From Candidatus Binatia bacterium (GTDB lineage: Bacteria; Desulfobacterota; Binatia; UBA9968; JAJDTQ01), in assembly GCA_963666515.2 (NCBI GenBank), contig OY762897.2, positions 3,264,001 to 3,328,000 of the forward strand: a DNA stretch of 64,000 nt, read 5' to 3'. The translations under genes and the position numbers were made by a program. Shown here one piece after another: positions 11,701 through 20,908 of this stretch (the first letter of the stretch is position 1; the number at the start of each line of letters is the position of its first letter). Under the pieces are notes generated by a model. The model saw nothing but the letters and a program-made list of their open reading frames with translations. It was not told where the DNA came from and ran no database searches.

Positions 11701-13090
11701 TGAGGTCGAAGGCGAAGACCAGGGCCTTGAGATCGCCGGACTCCACCGCGTGGATCAGCGGCCCGCGTTCGGATTCGGCCAGCGACACGCCCCCGCCGTC
11801 CGCCACCAGCTCCAGCGCGTCGCGCACGTAGAGCCCGTCCAGGCGCACGCCCGCGGCCAGCGGGTGGTCGGAGCCGGTGGAGACCAGCGCTGGCCGCGGG
11901 GTCTCTCCGGCCACGCGCAGGGGCAGACCTTCGGCCACCGTGCGGATGAGGATGAAGTTGCCGCGGGCCAGCGGCGGCGCCGGCACCCGGTCCAGCATCA
12001 CCACGTCGTAGGCGGCCACCTGCTCGGTCACGCGGTCCACCGGGATGCGGTCGATGCGGGCCAGGGTGACGTGGGGGAAATAGCGCAGCAGGCGCTCCAG
12101 GAACGGGTTGCCGGGCCCCACGTACAGCACCCGCGTGGGGCGCTCGTCGGGAAAGGCCAGGAAGGCGCGGTTGTCGGTGCGCAGGTCGTCATCCACCGCC
12201 AGCAGCGCGGTGGCGCGCCCCCGCAGGGGGCCGGGGACGCCGTAGATCAGCACCTCCCGCGCCAGCGGCTCCAGCGACAACAGCGCCCGGCTCACCACCC
12301 GGTCCGACACCGTCACGACGAGGGGCGCGTGCACCGTCCGCTCGGTGAAGTTCTGCACCACCACCATGGCCTCGTACTCGTCGGCCCGCCCGGCCACCCG
12401 GCGGAACTGGAAACCCAGGATGCCGACGTTGTCGACGCCTCCGCGGACCTGCACGACCTCCAGGTAGGACGCCTCCAGCGGCAGCTCCTCGATGCCCTTG
12501 AAGGCGCCGTCGGTGATCACCACCACCCGGTGCGGCCCCTGGCGCTTGAGGAACGTGTGCGCCAGCAGCACCGCCTCCTTCACCGGGGACTCGGCGTCGG
12601 TGGCCGACAACCCCTCGGCGGCGCGCCGAAGCCCGGCCCGGTCCCTCGTGAAGGGCTGGATCACCCGGGGCTGCGCCGCCGCGCCGATGATCATCATGCG
12701 GTCGCCGGCGCCCAGCGCGTCGATACGCCGCAGCAGCTCGCCGCGGGCCGCATCCCAGCGCGAGCCCGACTCCCCCGCCGCCTTCATGCTGGCGCTCAGG
12801 TCCATCACCACCACGAGGTCGCGGCCGCCGCTGCCCACTCCCAGGAGCGCCGGCCACGCCAGCGCGGTGACGACCGCGGCGGCGGCCAGGAGCTGCAGGA
12901 TCAGCGGCAGGTTGCGGCGCCAGAGCCAGCCCAGGCGCCGGCCCACGGGCCTTTCACGCAGCACCTTCTCCAGCAGGAAGAGCGCGGTGACCGGGACCCT
13001 CGGACCCCTGGGCCGGAGGCTGTTGAGCAGCAGGATGAGCGGGACGGCCCCCAGCAGGATGAGAAAAGCCGCGGGAAAGAACCACAGCAT
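8753..13090 (-). CDS. Large membrane-anchored multi-VWA protein (BatA-type N-terminus, VWA and glutamine amidotransferase-like domains)
   Basis: N-terminal TM/BatA-like segment; MIDAS-like DLSASM, DLSHSV, DKSGSM; ITDG/ISDA/LSDG; internal and C-terminal TM helices. Confidence 0.85.
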   Translation of the reverse strand: MLWFFPAAFLILLGAVPLILLLNSLRPRGPRVPVTALFLLEKVLRERPVGRRLGWLWRRNLPLILQLLAAAAVVTALAWPALLGVGSGGRDLVVVMDLSASMKAAGESGSRWDAARGELLRRIDALGAGDRMMIIGAAAQPRVIQPFTRDRAGLRRAAEGLSATDAESPVKEAVLLAHTFLKRQGPHRVVVITDGAFKGIEELPLEASYLEVVQVRGGVDNVGILGFQFRRVAGRADEYEAMVVVQNFTERTVHAPLVVTVSDRVVSRALLSLEPLAREVLIYGVPGPLRGRATALLAVDDDLRTDNRAFLAFPDERPTRVLYVGPGNPFLERLLRYFPHVTLARIDRIPVDRVTEQVAAYDVVMLDRVPAPPLARGNFILIRTVAEGLPLRVAGETPRPALVSTGSDHPLAAGVRLDGLYVRDALELVADGGGVSLAESERGPLIHAVESGDLKALVFAFDLTRSDLPFRVSFPLLVRNAFSWFRPTAREFPASQVAAGLPFVADVGVDEEALVFVNPSGDSSPVRIRERQGAYADTAEVGFYRFRGKHGEGEFGVNLFSEEESRIRPAYRAEPPASAAARVAESGRGARLDLWPALLVLALALLLAESVVVCRARRSLLPLWLRAPAVALLVVALVNPRVLAEDPELDVVMAVDLSHSVGEEARVRAADVLEQAGELVDPKVRLGLFSFARRPQWEFLPTHELPVSDLPPPPERDATDLGAALQGALGELSEERESRILLISDANENRGSVERVLPMLRSHGVAVWPYPVSLAEGRNEVYLSEFTVPSVVDSGETFEIKAALTSARASSAAVTLLRDGRVIRSARRELAPGANWLSFTDSLERRGAHTYELMVDAAADVLAENNLLQGIVSVKGPSRVLYLHGADAGRRFMAEALQVQGYDVVEETPARANLTLPELSGFDLLILDNVPAYQLSQVKMERIERFVRDLGGGLIVLGGTRSYGAGGYYRTPLEQTLPVEMRPPARMELPHVALLFVVDKSGSMGSGPYGTTKLDLAKAATMASAELLNPTDEVGILAFDSQWQWVVPFRAAGGSESIADDVAALSSDGGTDLHKAMVEGRRALAAKEAAIKHVLVLSDGLTEKEDLLEQVSGMARERITVSTVSIGGDANRRLMTQLAQGGKGRSYASVDPRTIPQIFTTETLLISRDLLVEKTVTPVAAGPAGPMRGLSGEPLPRILGYVLTHVKPGAEVHARAGEDPLLVSWRYGLGRVYAFTSDVSGRWGRHWVQWPAFPRWAAQMARLAVRSVSDQRLRTDFVREGEVMRAVVDLFSASGRPVNHLKLQGLLTRADETLQQEAFRQVAPGRYRTSFATPRRGINLLTVKQPPGPSGAPPVALTVPFIVPFSREYREMDADTGLMERLAQETGGKVLREETLAEDIERLFTADPDAAGSARGIWWALAAAGLGVFLLDLALRTFIHVRRAG

Positions 13091-13096
13091 CGGAGG

Positions 13097-13984
13097 CTAA
13101 CCCGTATCCTGCGTCAGGTAACGCAGGACGAAGTCGTCGAAGGGGACGTCGCTGGTGGTGCGCCGGTAGTCCATCTCCCGGCCCTCGCAGAACCGCTCGG
13201 TGGCGGCGAAGAACTCCTCCACCTCCCGGTGGAACCGGTCCGCCAGGTCGCGGTCGAGGAAGACCCGCCGCTCCCGCGCGGACTCGACGTCCACCAGCGA
13301 CACGTCGCCGCCCGGCTCCAGCCGCGTCTCCCCTTCCCTGAGAACGTGCACCAGCAGGACGTCGTGGCGTTTCCGCGCCAGCTCTTCGAGGGCCGCGCGG
13401 CAACCCGCGGCGTCCAGCAGGTCGCTGAACAGCACCACCAGCCCCGGCCGCGGATAGAGCCGCGTGAAAGTCTTCACCGAGGTCTCCAGGTCGGTGCGGC
13501 CGGCGCAGGACAGCCCGGCGAGGAAATCGAACAGGGCGAGGATCTGGCGGCGCGACCGGGCCGGCGGCAACTGCGCCGCCACGTCCTCGGCCAGACCCAC
13601 GGCCCCCACCCGGTCGTGGGTCTTGAGGCCGATGTAGCCCAGGGCCGCGGCCACGCTCTTGGCGAACTCCAGCTTGGGCGGCGAGCCTTCCGCCATGGAC
13701 AGGCTGGTATCGAGCAGGAGGTAGACCGTGATCTCCTCTTCCGCGGTGAACACCTTGAGCAGCAGCCGTTCCAGGCGCCCGTAGACGTTCCAGTCCACGT
13801 AGCGCAGGTCGTCGCCGCGGCTGTACTTGCGGTAGTCGGAGAACTCCAGGCTGTAGCCCTTGCGCACGGTGGGATGCTCGCCCCGCGCCATGCCCCAGTT
13901 CAGCCGCTTGGCCACGAGACGCAGCTTGTCCAGCCGCGCCAGGAAGTCGGGCTCCAGGAAGCGGTGCGCCTCGGCCTCGGCCAT
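13097..13984 (-). CDS. DUF58 domain protein
   Basis: EFSDYRKY..GDDLRYVDWN, LLDTSLSM, VLFSD; adjacent to MoxR. Confidence 0.92.
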   Translation of the reverse strand: MAEAEAHRFLEPDFLARLDKLRLVAKRLNWGMARGEHPTVRKGYSLEFSDYRKYSRGDDLRYVDWNVYGRLERLLLKVFTAEEEITVYLLLDTSLSMAEGSPPKLEFAKSVAAALGYIGLKTHDRVGAVGLAEDVAAQLPPARSRRQILALFDFLAGLSCAGRTDLETSVKTFTRLYPRPGLVVLFSDLLDAAGCRAALEELARKRHDVLLVHVLREGETRLEPGGDVSLVDVESARERRVFLDRDLADRFHREVEEFFAATERFCEGREMDYRRTTSDVPFDDFVLRYLTQDTG

Positions 13985-14994
13985 CAGGACGGCACCTCCG
14001 GCACCCGCTCCACCACCTCCTCCAGCACCCGCTCCGGGGCGACGCCGGAGGCTTCGGCGGCCAGGTTGAGCAGCAGCCGGTGCCGCAGGCTCGGCATCAG
14101 GTCCCGGCGGATGTCGTCGAACGAGACGTTGGGCCGGCCCGAGAGCAGCGCCCGCGCCTTGGCCGCCAGGATCACCGCCTGCAGGCCCCGCGGGCTGGCG
14201 CCGTACTGCACGTACTTGCGCGCCGTCTCGGTGCTGTGCTCGGTCTCCGAATGGGTCGCCCGCACCAGCCGCACCGCGTAGTCACGCACCGGGCCCGCCA
14301 ACGGCACGGCCCGCACCGCCTCGCGCATCTCCAGCACCGACTCCGCCGCCAGCACCTTGGCCAGGGCGCCGGAAGGCGCGGCCGTGGTCAACTCCGCGAT
14401 CCGCCCCATCTCCTCGTACGACGGGTAACGGACCACGAGCTTGAAGAAGAAACGGTCCACCTGGGCCTCCGGAAGCGGATAGGTCCCCTCCATCTCGATG
14501 GGGTTCTGGGTGGCGAGCACCATGAACGGGCCGGGGATGGGATGCACCGCGCCGCCGGCGGTGACGCTCTGCTCCTGCATGGCCTCCAGCAGAGCCGACT
14601 GGGTCTTGGGGGTGGCCCGGTTGATTTCGTCCGCCAGCACGATGTTGGCGAACACCGGACCGGCCTCGAACTCGAACACCTTCCGCCCCGAGGCGTCCTC
14701 GTTCACCACGTTGGTGCCGGTGATGTCCGCGGGCATCAGGTCGGGAGTGAACTGGATGCGCGAGAAGCTCAGGTCCATCAGCTCTCCGAGCGAACGCACC
14801 ATCAGCGTCTTGCCCAGCCCCGGCACCCCCTCCAGCAGACAGTGGCCGCCGCACACCAGCGCGATGAAGATGCCTTCGATGAGGTCCTCGTGGCCCACCA
14901 CCGCCTTGCGCATCTCGCCCATGACTTCCTCGAACGCGCGCTGGGCGCTCAACATGCGGCGCCGTACCCCGTCGGTCGATGCTTCCGTCGTCAC
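13984..14994 (-). CDS. MoxR-family AAA+ ATPase
   Basis: EGVPGLGKT, RIQFTPDLMPADITG, LADEINRATPKTQSALLEAMQE, ATQNPIEMEGTYPLPEAQ, GASPRG. Confidence 0.95.
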   Translation of the reverse strand: MTTEASTDGVRRRMLSAQRAFEEVMGEMRKAVVGHEDLIEGIFIALVCGGHCLLEGVPGLGKTLMVRSLGELMDLSFSRIQFTPDLMPADITGTNVVNEDASGRKVFEFEAGPVFANIVLADEINRATPKTQSALLEAMQEQSVTAGGAVHPIPGPFMVLATQNPIEMEGTYPLPEAQVDRFFFKLVVRYPSYEEMGRIAELTTAAPSGALAKVLAAESVLEMREAVRAVPLAGPVRDYAVRLVRATHSETEHSTETARKYVQYGASPRGLQAVILAAKARALLSGRPNVSFDDIRRDLMPSLRHRLLLNLAAEASGVAPERVLEEVVERVPEVPS

Positions 14995-15010
14995 TCCCGC
15001 TCCACTTCTA

Positions 15011-16420
15011 CTACGGCCTTTCCCGGGTCACGCCCAGGGACAGGAAATAGTTCTTGATGGTTTCCTTGAACTCGGCGGGGATCTCCTCGGAGGAGAGGTC
15101 CGCCTCCAACTGCCGCCGGTATTGCACCACCACCGCCTCTTCGGACACGGTGCTGTCGCCCGCGCGCGCCTCGCCCCTGAAGCCGAACCCCCGGCTCCGG
15201 CCCTGCCCCAGGAGCCCTTGCAGATGCGTGCGCACGCGCGCCTGGAAGGCGGGGTCGTAGGGCTGCTCCTGCCGGTCCGTCCCGGGCTCGTTTCCCGGCT
15301 GCCGGCCGGCCGGCGGCGACTCTTCCGAGCCGTCCTGGGGCTTTCCGGGCCGGGCCGCTTCGGCCATGGACTCGTCGGGCGCGTCGCCGAGCAGCATCTC
15401 GGTGAGGAACTGCTGCGTGGCCCCCAGCGCCCGGCGGTCCTGCTCCTGTCTGGCCTCCCGCTCCACCCGGTCGAGGAACTGCTGCACTTCCTCCGCGCTC
15501 ATGTCCGCGGAGCCGTCCGGCCGGCGGTCGAGGGAGGACAGCCCCAGGGACTCCAGCAGGTCGGACCGGCTCTGTCCCTGGAACGCGCCGTCCGGCCTGC
15601 CGGCCTCCGACCGCCGCAGATGCTCCCTCAGCCGCTCCAGGGCGGCGTCGGAGAGCGCCGGCCACTCCAGGCCCGCGCCCGCCGGCCACGACCGGGTCAT
15701 GTCTTCCAGCACGTCCACCATGGCCCCCACCGACGCCTCCAGGCGCGACTTCTCCGCGCCGGCCTCGCCCACTTGCCGCTCGGCCATCTCGCGCAGGGCC
15801 TCGGCCATGCGCCGGCTCTCGGTGAGGTCCTGCTCCCGCGCCTGCCGTTCCAGCTCCCGGGCGTGCTCCCGGATCGCTTCGGCCATGCGCGACGGCGCCG
15901 AGGCCGCCTGGGGAGCGCCGCCCGGCGGCAGCCACAGTCCCGCCGCCGCCAGCAGCGCCAGCACCGGGCCGGCCACCGCGCGCCAGTCGAACCGGCGACG
16001 GCTGAGCGGCCGGAGCGCCGCGGCCGCGACCTTCTGCGCGGCTTCCTCCACCACCAGCGACTCTTCCGGCGGGACGCGTTCCTCCGGCGCCTCCCGCGAG
16101 CGGGAAAGGACCTCCCACGCCGTCAGCACCCGCTCCTTGAGGTCGAGCCCGTCGTCCACCCGCTTGAGCGAGGCGATGAACGCCTGCTCGCGCCACGGCC
16201 GAAGCAGAAAGATCAGGGCCGCGGCGACGGCGAACACCACCGGCGCGAACCACAGGAAACCCGCGTCCACCGGCAGCAGGGCGCGCGCCAGCACCAGCGC
16301 CGCGGCCGCCGACGCGGTATAGAAGAAGCTCTCCAGCAACAGGCGTTCGCGGCGCTTGCGCCGCTCCCAGCGGCGCAGGTCGGCCAGCTTCTCCTTCAGG
16401 ATCGCTTCCGGATCGGTCAC
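15011..16420 (-). CDS. Hypothetical membrane protein with coiled-coil region (MoxR operon)
   Basis: GTG start overlapping upstream stop; about 3 TM segments; C-terminal IPAEFKETIKNYF of the type seen in MoxR/VWA-operon proteins. Confidence 0.75.
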   Translation of the reverse strand: MTDPEAILKEKLADLRRWERRKRRERLLLESFFYTASAAAALVLARALLPVDAGFLWFAPVVFAVAAALIFLLRPWREQAFIASLKRVDDGLDLKERVLTAWEVLSRSREAPEERVPPEESLVVEEAAQKVAAAALRPLSRRRFDWRAVAGPVLALLAAAGLWLPPGGAPQAASAPSRMAEAIREHARELERQAREQDLTESRRMAEALREMAERQVGEAGAEKSRLEASVGAMVDVLEDMTRSWPAGAGLEWPALSDAALERLREHLRRSEAGRPDGAFQGQSRSDLLESLGLSSLDRRPDGSADMSAEEVQQFLDRVEREARQEQDRRALGATQQFLTEMLLGDAPDESMAEAARPGKPQDGSEESPPAGRQPGNEPGTDRQEQPYDPAFQARVRTHLQGLLGQGRSRGFGFRGEARAGDSTVSEEAVVVQYRRQLEADLSSEEIPAEFKETIKNYFLSLGVTRERP

Positions 16421-17178
16421 GAGTAGCCTTTCTGGATGCGCTTCAGGCCCCGGGCCATGAAGGCCAGGCCCACGGCGAACACGAGCCCCTGGAAAGTCCA
16501 GTGGACGAGGGCCGGCGACCAGTCCGGACCCCACGGCGCGCTCATTTCCAGCGTGCCGAGATGATAGAGCAGAAACGCCACCGGATTCAACGTTTGCGCC
16601 CATGCCCCGAAGGCGCCCGAGATCAGGAAGAAGCAGACGAAGATCCAGCGGATGAAGACCCGGCGGCTGTCCGCCTTGCGCTCCCACCAGGCGAGGCCCA
16701 CGAGTCCCCAGATGCCGTAGCCCACCGCGTACAGGAAGAGCATGGGCAACGTGGTGGCCATGTCGCCCGGCGGCGTGCGGGCGATGCCCGCCGACCACGC
16801 CAGCAGCGGCGCCGCGAGGCACAGCAGGATCAAGCCGTGGACCGCCAGGATGGACAGCAGACCGGACGCCACGGCCACGACTCCGAGCCGCTCCTCCTCG
16901 AGCCAGTGCCGTAGCGGCGAGAACCGCCAGGCGAGGAATTCCAGACCCGCGAAGCGCAGGGCGAGGTAGACGATCAGCAACAGCGTGGCCACCGCGGAGA
17001 ACTTGAAGAGGAAAGCGGGCCCGATCCAGAAACTCGCCTCACCCGAGGGCAGCACCAGCGCCAGCACCTGCAGCGCGCCCAGGATGGCCACGTAGAAAAG
17101 GTAGGTGACGCAGGCCTGTCCCTCCTCCCAGTAGACGGCCGCGCCCTCCCGGAACACCGGGTTGGCCCAGGGTCTCAC
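16417..17178 (-). CDS. Multi-pass membrane protein (ABC-2 permease-like)
   Basis: NPVFRE N-terminus, about 6 hydrophobic helices, 4-bp overlaps on both sides. Confidence 0.7.
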   Translation of the reverse strand: MRPWANPVFREGAAVYWEEGQACVTYLFYVAILGALQVLALVLPSGEASFWIGPAFLFKFSAVATLLLIVYLALRFAGLEFLAWRFSPLRHWLEEERLGVVAVASGLLSILAVHGLILLCLAAPLLAWSAGIARTPPGDMATTLPMLFLYAVGYGIWGLVGLAWWERKADSRRVFIRWIFVCFFLISGAFGAWAQTLNPVAFLLYHLGTLEMSAPWGPDWSPALVHWTFQGLVFAVGLAFMARGLKRIQKGYS

Positions 17179-19190
17179 AGGTCCTCCTCCTCGGCGCCCA
17201 GCGGGATGGCCACGCGGAACAGCTTGAAGTGGTGCGCCGTGACCCGCGGGTCATCCATCCGCAACTCCGGCTCCTCTCCGCGAATCCAGCAGATGACGAA
17301 AGCCGTCGCCGGGTCCGCGGCCGGCCCTTCCGGGAATACCGAGCGCCGCAGCAGCACCTCGCGCACCCCCTCGTCGAACCGCACGTCCTGCGGCTGGAGG
17401 CCCTCCGCGTCACCGGCTTCGCCGGCGCGGCGAGCCTCGGGCAGTTCCCGTCGCAGGGCGCCGCCGGGCGGCACGTCCCCCAGCCGGTAACCGCCGTCGC
17501 CGACCAGGAGCCAGCACTCCCGAAGGCTTCCGGGGCCGCGGTTGGCGATGCCGATGCGGTAGGTCCGGCGGGACTGCTCCCACTCGATGGCCCCCGGCGA
17601 CGGCCGGACGGCGCGCAGCCGGAACAGCGCCGCGTTCCATTCGGCCAGGGGGACGTGAACGCGGTTGCGCGGCCGTCCCTCCCGCAGCACCAGCGAGGCC
17701 TCCGCGTCAGCGGCGGGCGCCGGCACCAGGTCGAGCTGCGTGAGGTCCCGGCTCAGGCTGAAGGAGAAGTCCTTGTTCCGGGTGGCGAACAGGCCGACGT
17801 TGGAGTGCAGCGGCGCAACGTCCGACCACAGGGCGCCGTCCACCACCGTGGAAGAGATCAGGATGCCGTCCGGCACGTGGCCGCCCCGGTCGAAGTACCA
17901 GTAGCCGCCCAGCGCCCACGCCAGCATCAGCCCCGCCGGCGCGAGGACCAGCCCGTACCGGGACGGCCCGGCGCGCCCCCGGTAGCGGAACCAGAGCAGC
18001 AGCGACCCGACGTAGAGCGCCAGCGCCAGCAGCAGCGACAACATCGGGGAACGCAGGCTGGAGAAGCCGAAATCCTGGAGCAGAGCCGTGAAGATGTCCC
18101 GGCTCCAGGCGGTCCACGGGTCCGAGCGCCGGGAAGGCGGAGCGCCCAGTATCTCCCCGAACAGGCCCGGGAGGCCCGCCCAGTCCGACGCCGGCGGCCG
18201 GCCCACGTCCAGCGCCAGGTACACCACCCTGCCCTCGCCATGCCTCTTCTCCACCAGGATGGGGGTGTCCTGCTCCGCCAGGAGCACCTGGCCGCCGCCT
18301 GTCGGACCGGCTTCCTGGACCAGCGCGTCCTCCAGGACGCCGCCGAACCGGGCCGACAACTCCGGCAGCGCGTCCACCCGCTTCAGGCCGCGCACGGCGG
18401 CCGGCAGCAACCCGGCGGTGGCCCGGTCCTGGTACAGGGCGAAGTGCGCGCCCCCCAGCACCACCAGGATCCCTCCCCCGGAAAGCCAGCCCTCCAGCGC
18501 GCGCCGCTGGCCCCGCGACAGGCCCCGCAGGGACTGCTCGTAGAGCATGACGCTCCAGACGCCGCCGTAGGCTCGGGCGTCCTCGGGAAGGTCGCCCAGG
18601 GGAAGGGAGACCACCGGCACCGGGGTCTGGTAGGACAGGGGGATAGCCGGGGCGACGTTGCTCCGGGTCAGCAGCAGGATCAACGGCTGGCCGGTGAACC
18701 GGCCGCGCAGGCTGACGGCGGTTTCATGGCTTCGGCCGCCGCCGGTGAAACGCAGCAGCAGCGGTTGCGCCACCGAGTCGGGATCGACGGTGACGAAGAC
18801 GACCTTGCGCGCGTGGGTGGAGAGGAAGACGTCCCGCCGCTGGATGAACGAGTAGGGCTCCATGCCCCGGGTGGGCCCGCCGCGGGACTCCACCACCTCC
18901 AGGACGCCGCGGACGGCGACACCGGAGTTGACCAGCTCGATGCGCAACGGCAACGGCTCGCCGAGACGAAAGATGCCTCCGAAGCCCGGCTGCGCCCTTA
19001 TGGAGACCTCGGCCGGCGCGCAAGCGGGCCAGAGAAGCAGCAGCCCCGCGAGAACCGCGGCCCACCCCGCCGGCGCCGGGCGCGGCGAAACGCCGGCGGA
19101 GCGAAGTCGAAGGAAGCTATTCGATGAAAGAGACGTCCAGTACCTCGAAGTTCCGCACGCCCGCGGGCGTGCGCACCTCCACCAAGTCAC
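17175..19190 (-). CDS. Exported/membrane hypothetical protein with glutamine amidotransferase-like region; start uncertain
   Basis: Signal-like WAAVLAGLLLLWPACAPA, LEGWLSGGGILVVLGG, two TM helices; no canonical start seen between the greA stop and the signal-like segment. Confidence 0.7.
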   Translation of the reverse strand: MTWWRCARPRACGTSRYWTSLSSNSFLRLRSAGVSPRPAPAGWAAVLAGLLLLWPACAPAEVSIRAQPGFGGIFRLGEPLPLRIELVNSGVAVRGVLEVVESRGGPTRGMEPYSFIQRRDVFLSTHARKVVFVTVDPDSVAQPLLLRFTGGGRSHETAVSLRGRFTGQPLILLLTRSNVAPAIPLSYQTPVPVVSLPLGDLPEDARAYGGVWSVMLYEQSLRGLSRGQRRALEGWLSGGGILVVLGGAHFALYQDRATAGLLPAAVRGLKRVDALPELSARFGGVLEDALVQEAGPTGGGQVLLAEQDTPILVEKRHGEGRVVYLALDVGRPPASDWAGLPGLFGEILGAPPSRRSDPWTAWSRDIFTALLQDFGFSSLRSPMLSLLLALALYVGSLLLWFRYRGRAGPSRYGLVLAPAGLMLAWALGGYWYFDRGGHVPDGILISSTVVDGALWSDVAPLHSNVGLFATRNKDFSFSLSRDLTQLDLVPAPAADAEASLVLREGRPRNRVHVPLAEWNAALFRLRAVRPSPGAIEWEQSRRTYRIGIANRGPGSLRECWLLVGDGGYRLGDVPPGGALRRELPEARRAGEAGDAEGLQPQDVRFDEGVREVLLRRSVFPEGPAADPATAFVICWIRGEEPELRMDDPRVTAHHFKLFRVAIPLGAEEEDL
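19101..19114 (-). repeat. Fragment of REP-like repeat (TCCTTCGACTTCGC)
   Basis: 14-nt match to the repeats at 26792 and 51276, immediately after the greA stop. Confidence 0.5.
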
Positions 19191-19605
19191 CCACCCGGCG
19201 GCCGATCAGCGACCGCGCCACCGGGGATCCCAGGGAGATCCTCCCTTCCCTGGGCTCCGCCTCGTGCTCGCCGACGATCTTGTAGATGACGTTCTCGTCG
19301 GTGTCGTCGTCCGCCAGCTCCACGGTGGCGCCGAAAACGATCTTGTCGCCGGAGAGCTTGGACACGTCGATGACCTGAGCGCGCGCGATCCTGTCCTCGA
19401 GCTCTCGAATCTGGACGTCGAGCAAGGACTGGCGTTCCTTGGCCGCGTGAAACTCGGCGTTCTCCGACAGGTCGCCGTGGGCCCGGGCTTCCTCGATGTC
19501 GCGAACGTTCCTGGGTCGCTCAACGGATTTGAGTCGCTGGAGATCCTCCAGCAATTGTTGATGCCCCTGCGCCGTCATCGGCACCGGGCCGTCATTGTCT
19601 GCCAT
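19117..19605 (-). CDS. greA: Transcription elongation factor GreA
   Basis: EARAHGDLSENAEFHAAKE, IVFGATV, ISLGSPVARSLIG. Confidence 0.96.
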   Translation of the reverse strand: MADNDGPVPMTAQGHQQLLEDLQRLKSVERPRNVRDIEEARAHGDLSENAEFHAAKERQSLLDVQIRELEDRIARAQVIDVSKLSGDKIVFGATVELADDDTDENVIYKIVGEHEAEPREGRISLGSPVARSLIGRRVGDLVEVRTPAGVRNFEVLDVSFIE

Positions 19606-19738
19606 CTACTGCACCTCTGAAAAAATTTCCGGGCAAGCCGAGGCACCGCCTCGGCCTGCCCGTGATTTCAGGTCGGGTAGTGTAACACCGGGCCACGAGA
19701 AATCAAAGAACGGGCGGAGATCCCGGAATCAGGCGGGG

Positions 19739-19814
19739 GGTGGGGTCGGGGTCAGGCCCTGGGACTCCGAAGGGCGGACCCAACGTCGCCCCAGGGCCTG
19801 ACCCCGACCCCACC
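19739..19814. repeat. Conserved-core palindrome, copy 1
   Basis: 25-bp perfect arms (19739-19763/19790-19814) around core CGAAGGGCGGACCCAACG (19768-19785). Confidence 0.9.
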
Positions 19815-19876
19815 TTTCGTCGTCGCTGGCTTGACCGGGGGCGGAGGGGCAGAGGTGACGGGAACGGGCCGTCGGT

Positions 19877-20878
19877 TCAGGACTCGCGCGGCGGGTTGGG
19901 CCAGGAGCGCTTGCCGGGGCCGAAGACGTGGCAGGCGGTGCCGTGGCCGCCGAGGGAGAAGTCCAGCTCCGGCTCCACCTCGGTGCAGACCTGCTCGCGG
20001 TACGGGCAGCGCGGGTGGAAGTTGCAGCCGGTCGGCGGGTTGACGGGGCTGGGCACGTCGCCTTCCAGCACCATGCGGTCCTTCTTGGGATTGGGGTCCG
20101 GCATGGGCACCGCGGACAGCAGCGCGCGGGTGTAGGGGTGCCGGGCGTCGGTGTAGATGGCCTCGCTGGGCGCGATCTCGACCACCTTGCCCAGGTACAT
20201 GATGGCCACCCGGTGGCTCACGTGCTCCACCACCCGGAGGTCGTGGGAGATGAAGAAGAAGGTCAGGCTCATGCTCTCCTGCAGCTCCTGCAGGAGGTTG
20301 ATGATCTGTGCCTGAATGGACACGTCCAGAGACGACACCGGCTCGTCCGCGACGATGAACTTGGGCGACACGGCCAGCGCCCGGGCGATGCCGATGCGCT
20401 GGCGCTGGCCGCCGCTGAACTCGTGGGGGTAGCGGTCGTAGTGGTCTTCTCTCAGCCCCACCTTGTCGAGCAACCCCATCACCTGGTCCTTGCGGTCGTT
20501 GCCGGAGGCCATGCGATGGATCTTGAGGCCCTCGCCGATGATCTCGCCGACTCTCATGCGGGGGTTGAGCGACGCGTAGGGGTCCTGGAAGATGATCTGC
20601 ATGCGCCGGCGCAGGTCGCGCATCTCGGCGCTGGAGATCCGCATGATGTCCTTGTCCTCGAACAGGATCTCGCCGTCGGTGGGCTCGATCAGGCGGAGGA
20701 TGGTCCGGCCCAGCGTGGACTTGCCGCAGCCGGACTCGCCCACCACGCCCAGGGTCTCGCCGTCCTCCACCGTCAGGCTGACGCCGTCCACCGCCTTGAC
20801 GTCGCCCTTGCGCCGGGCGAGCAGCCCTTCCTCCACCGGGAAGTACTTCTTCAGGTTCCTGACTTCGAGCAAGCTCAT
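19877..20878 (-). CDS. Oligo/dipeptide ABC transporter ATP-binding subunit (OppF/DppF-like)
   Basis: [42 protein letters not shown]. Confidence 0.93.
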   Translation of the reverse strand: MSLLEVRNLKKYFPVEEGLLARRKGDVKAVDGVSLTVEDGETLGVVGESGCGKSTLGRTILRLIEPTDGEILFEDKDIMRISSAEMRDLRRRMQIIFQDPYASLNPRMRVGEIIGEGLKIHRMASGNDRKDQVMGLLDKVGLREDHYDRYPHEFSGGQRQRIGIARALAVSPKFIVADEPVSSLDVSIQAQIINLLQELQESMSLTFFFISHDLRVVEHVSHRVAIMYLGKVVEIAPSEAIYTDARHPYTRALLSAVPMPDPNPKKDRMVLEGDVPSPVNPPTGCNFHPRCPYREQVCTEVEPELDFSLGGHGTACHVFGPGKRSWPNPPRES

Positions 20879-20908
20879 GGGATCAGTCGTCCTGTAGCGG
20901 GGACACCC

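Noticed and set aside
9353-14281. 1642-aa + strand ORF and many other long overlapping ORFs
   Set aside because: Antisense or off-frame shadows of real genes in GC-rich DNA; no recognisable motifs
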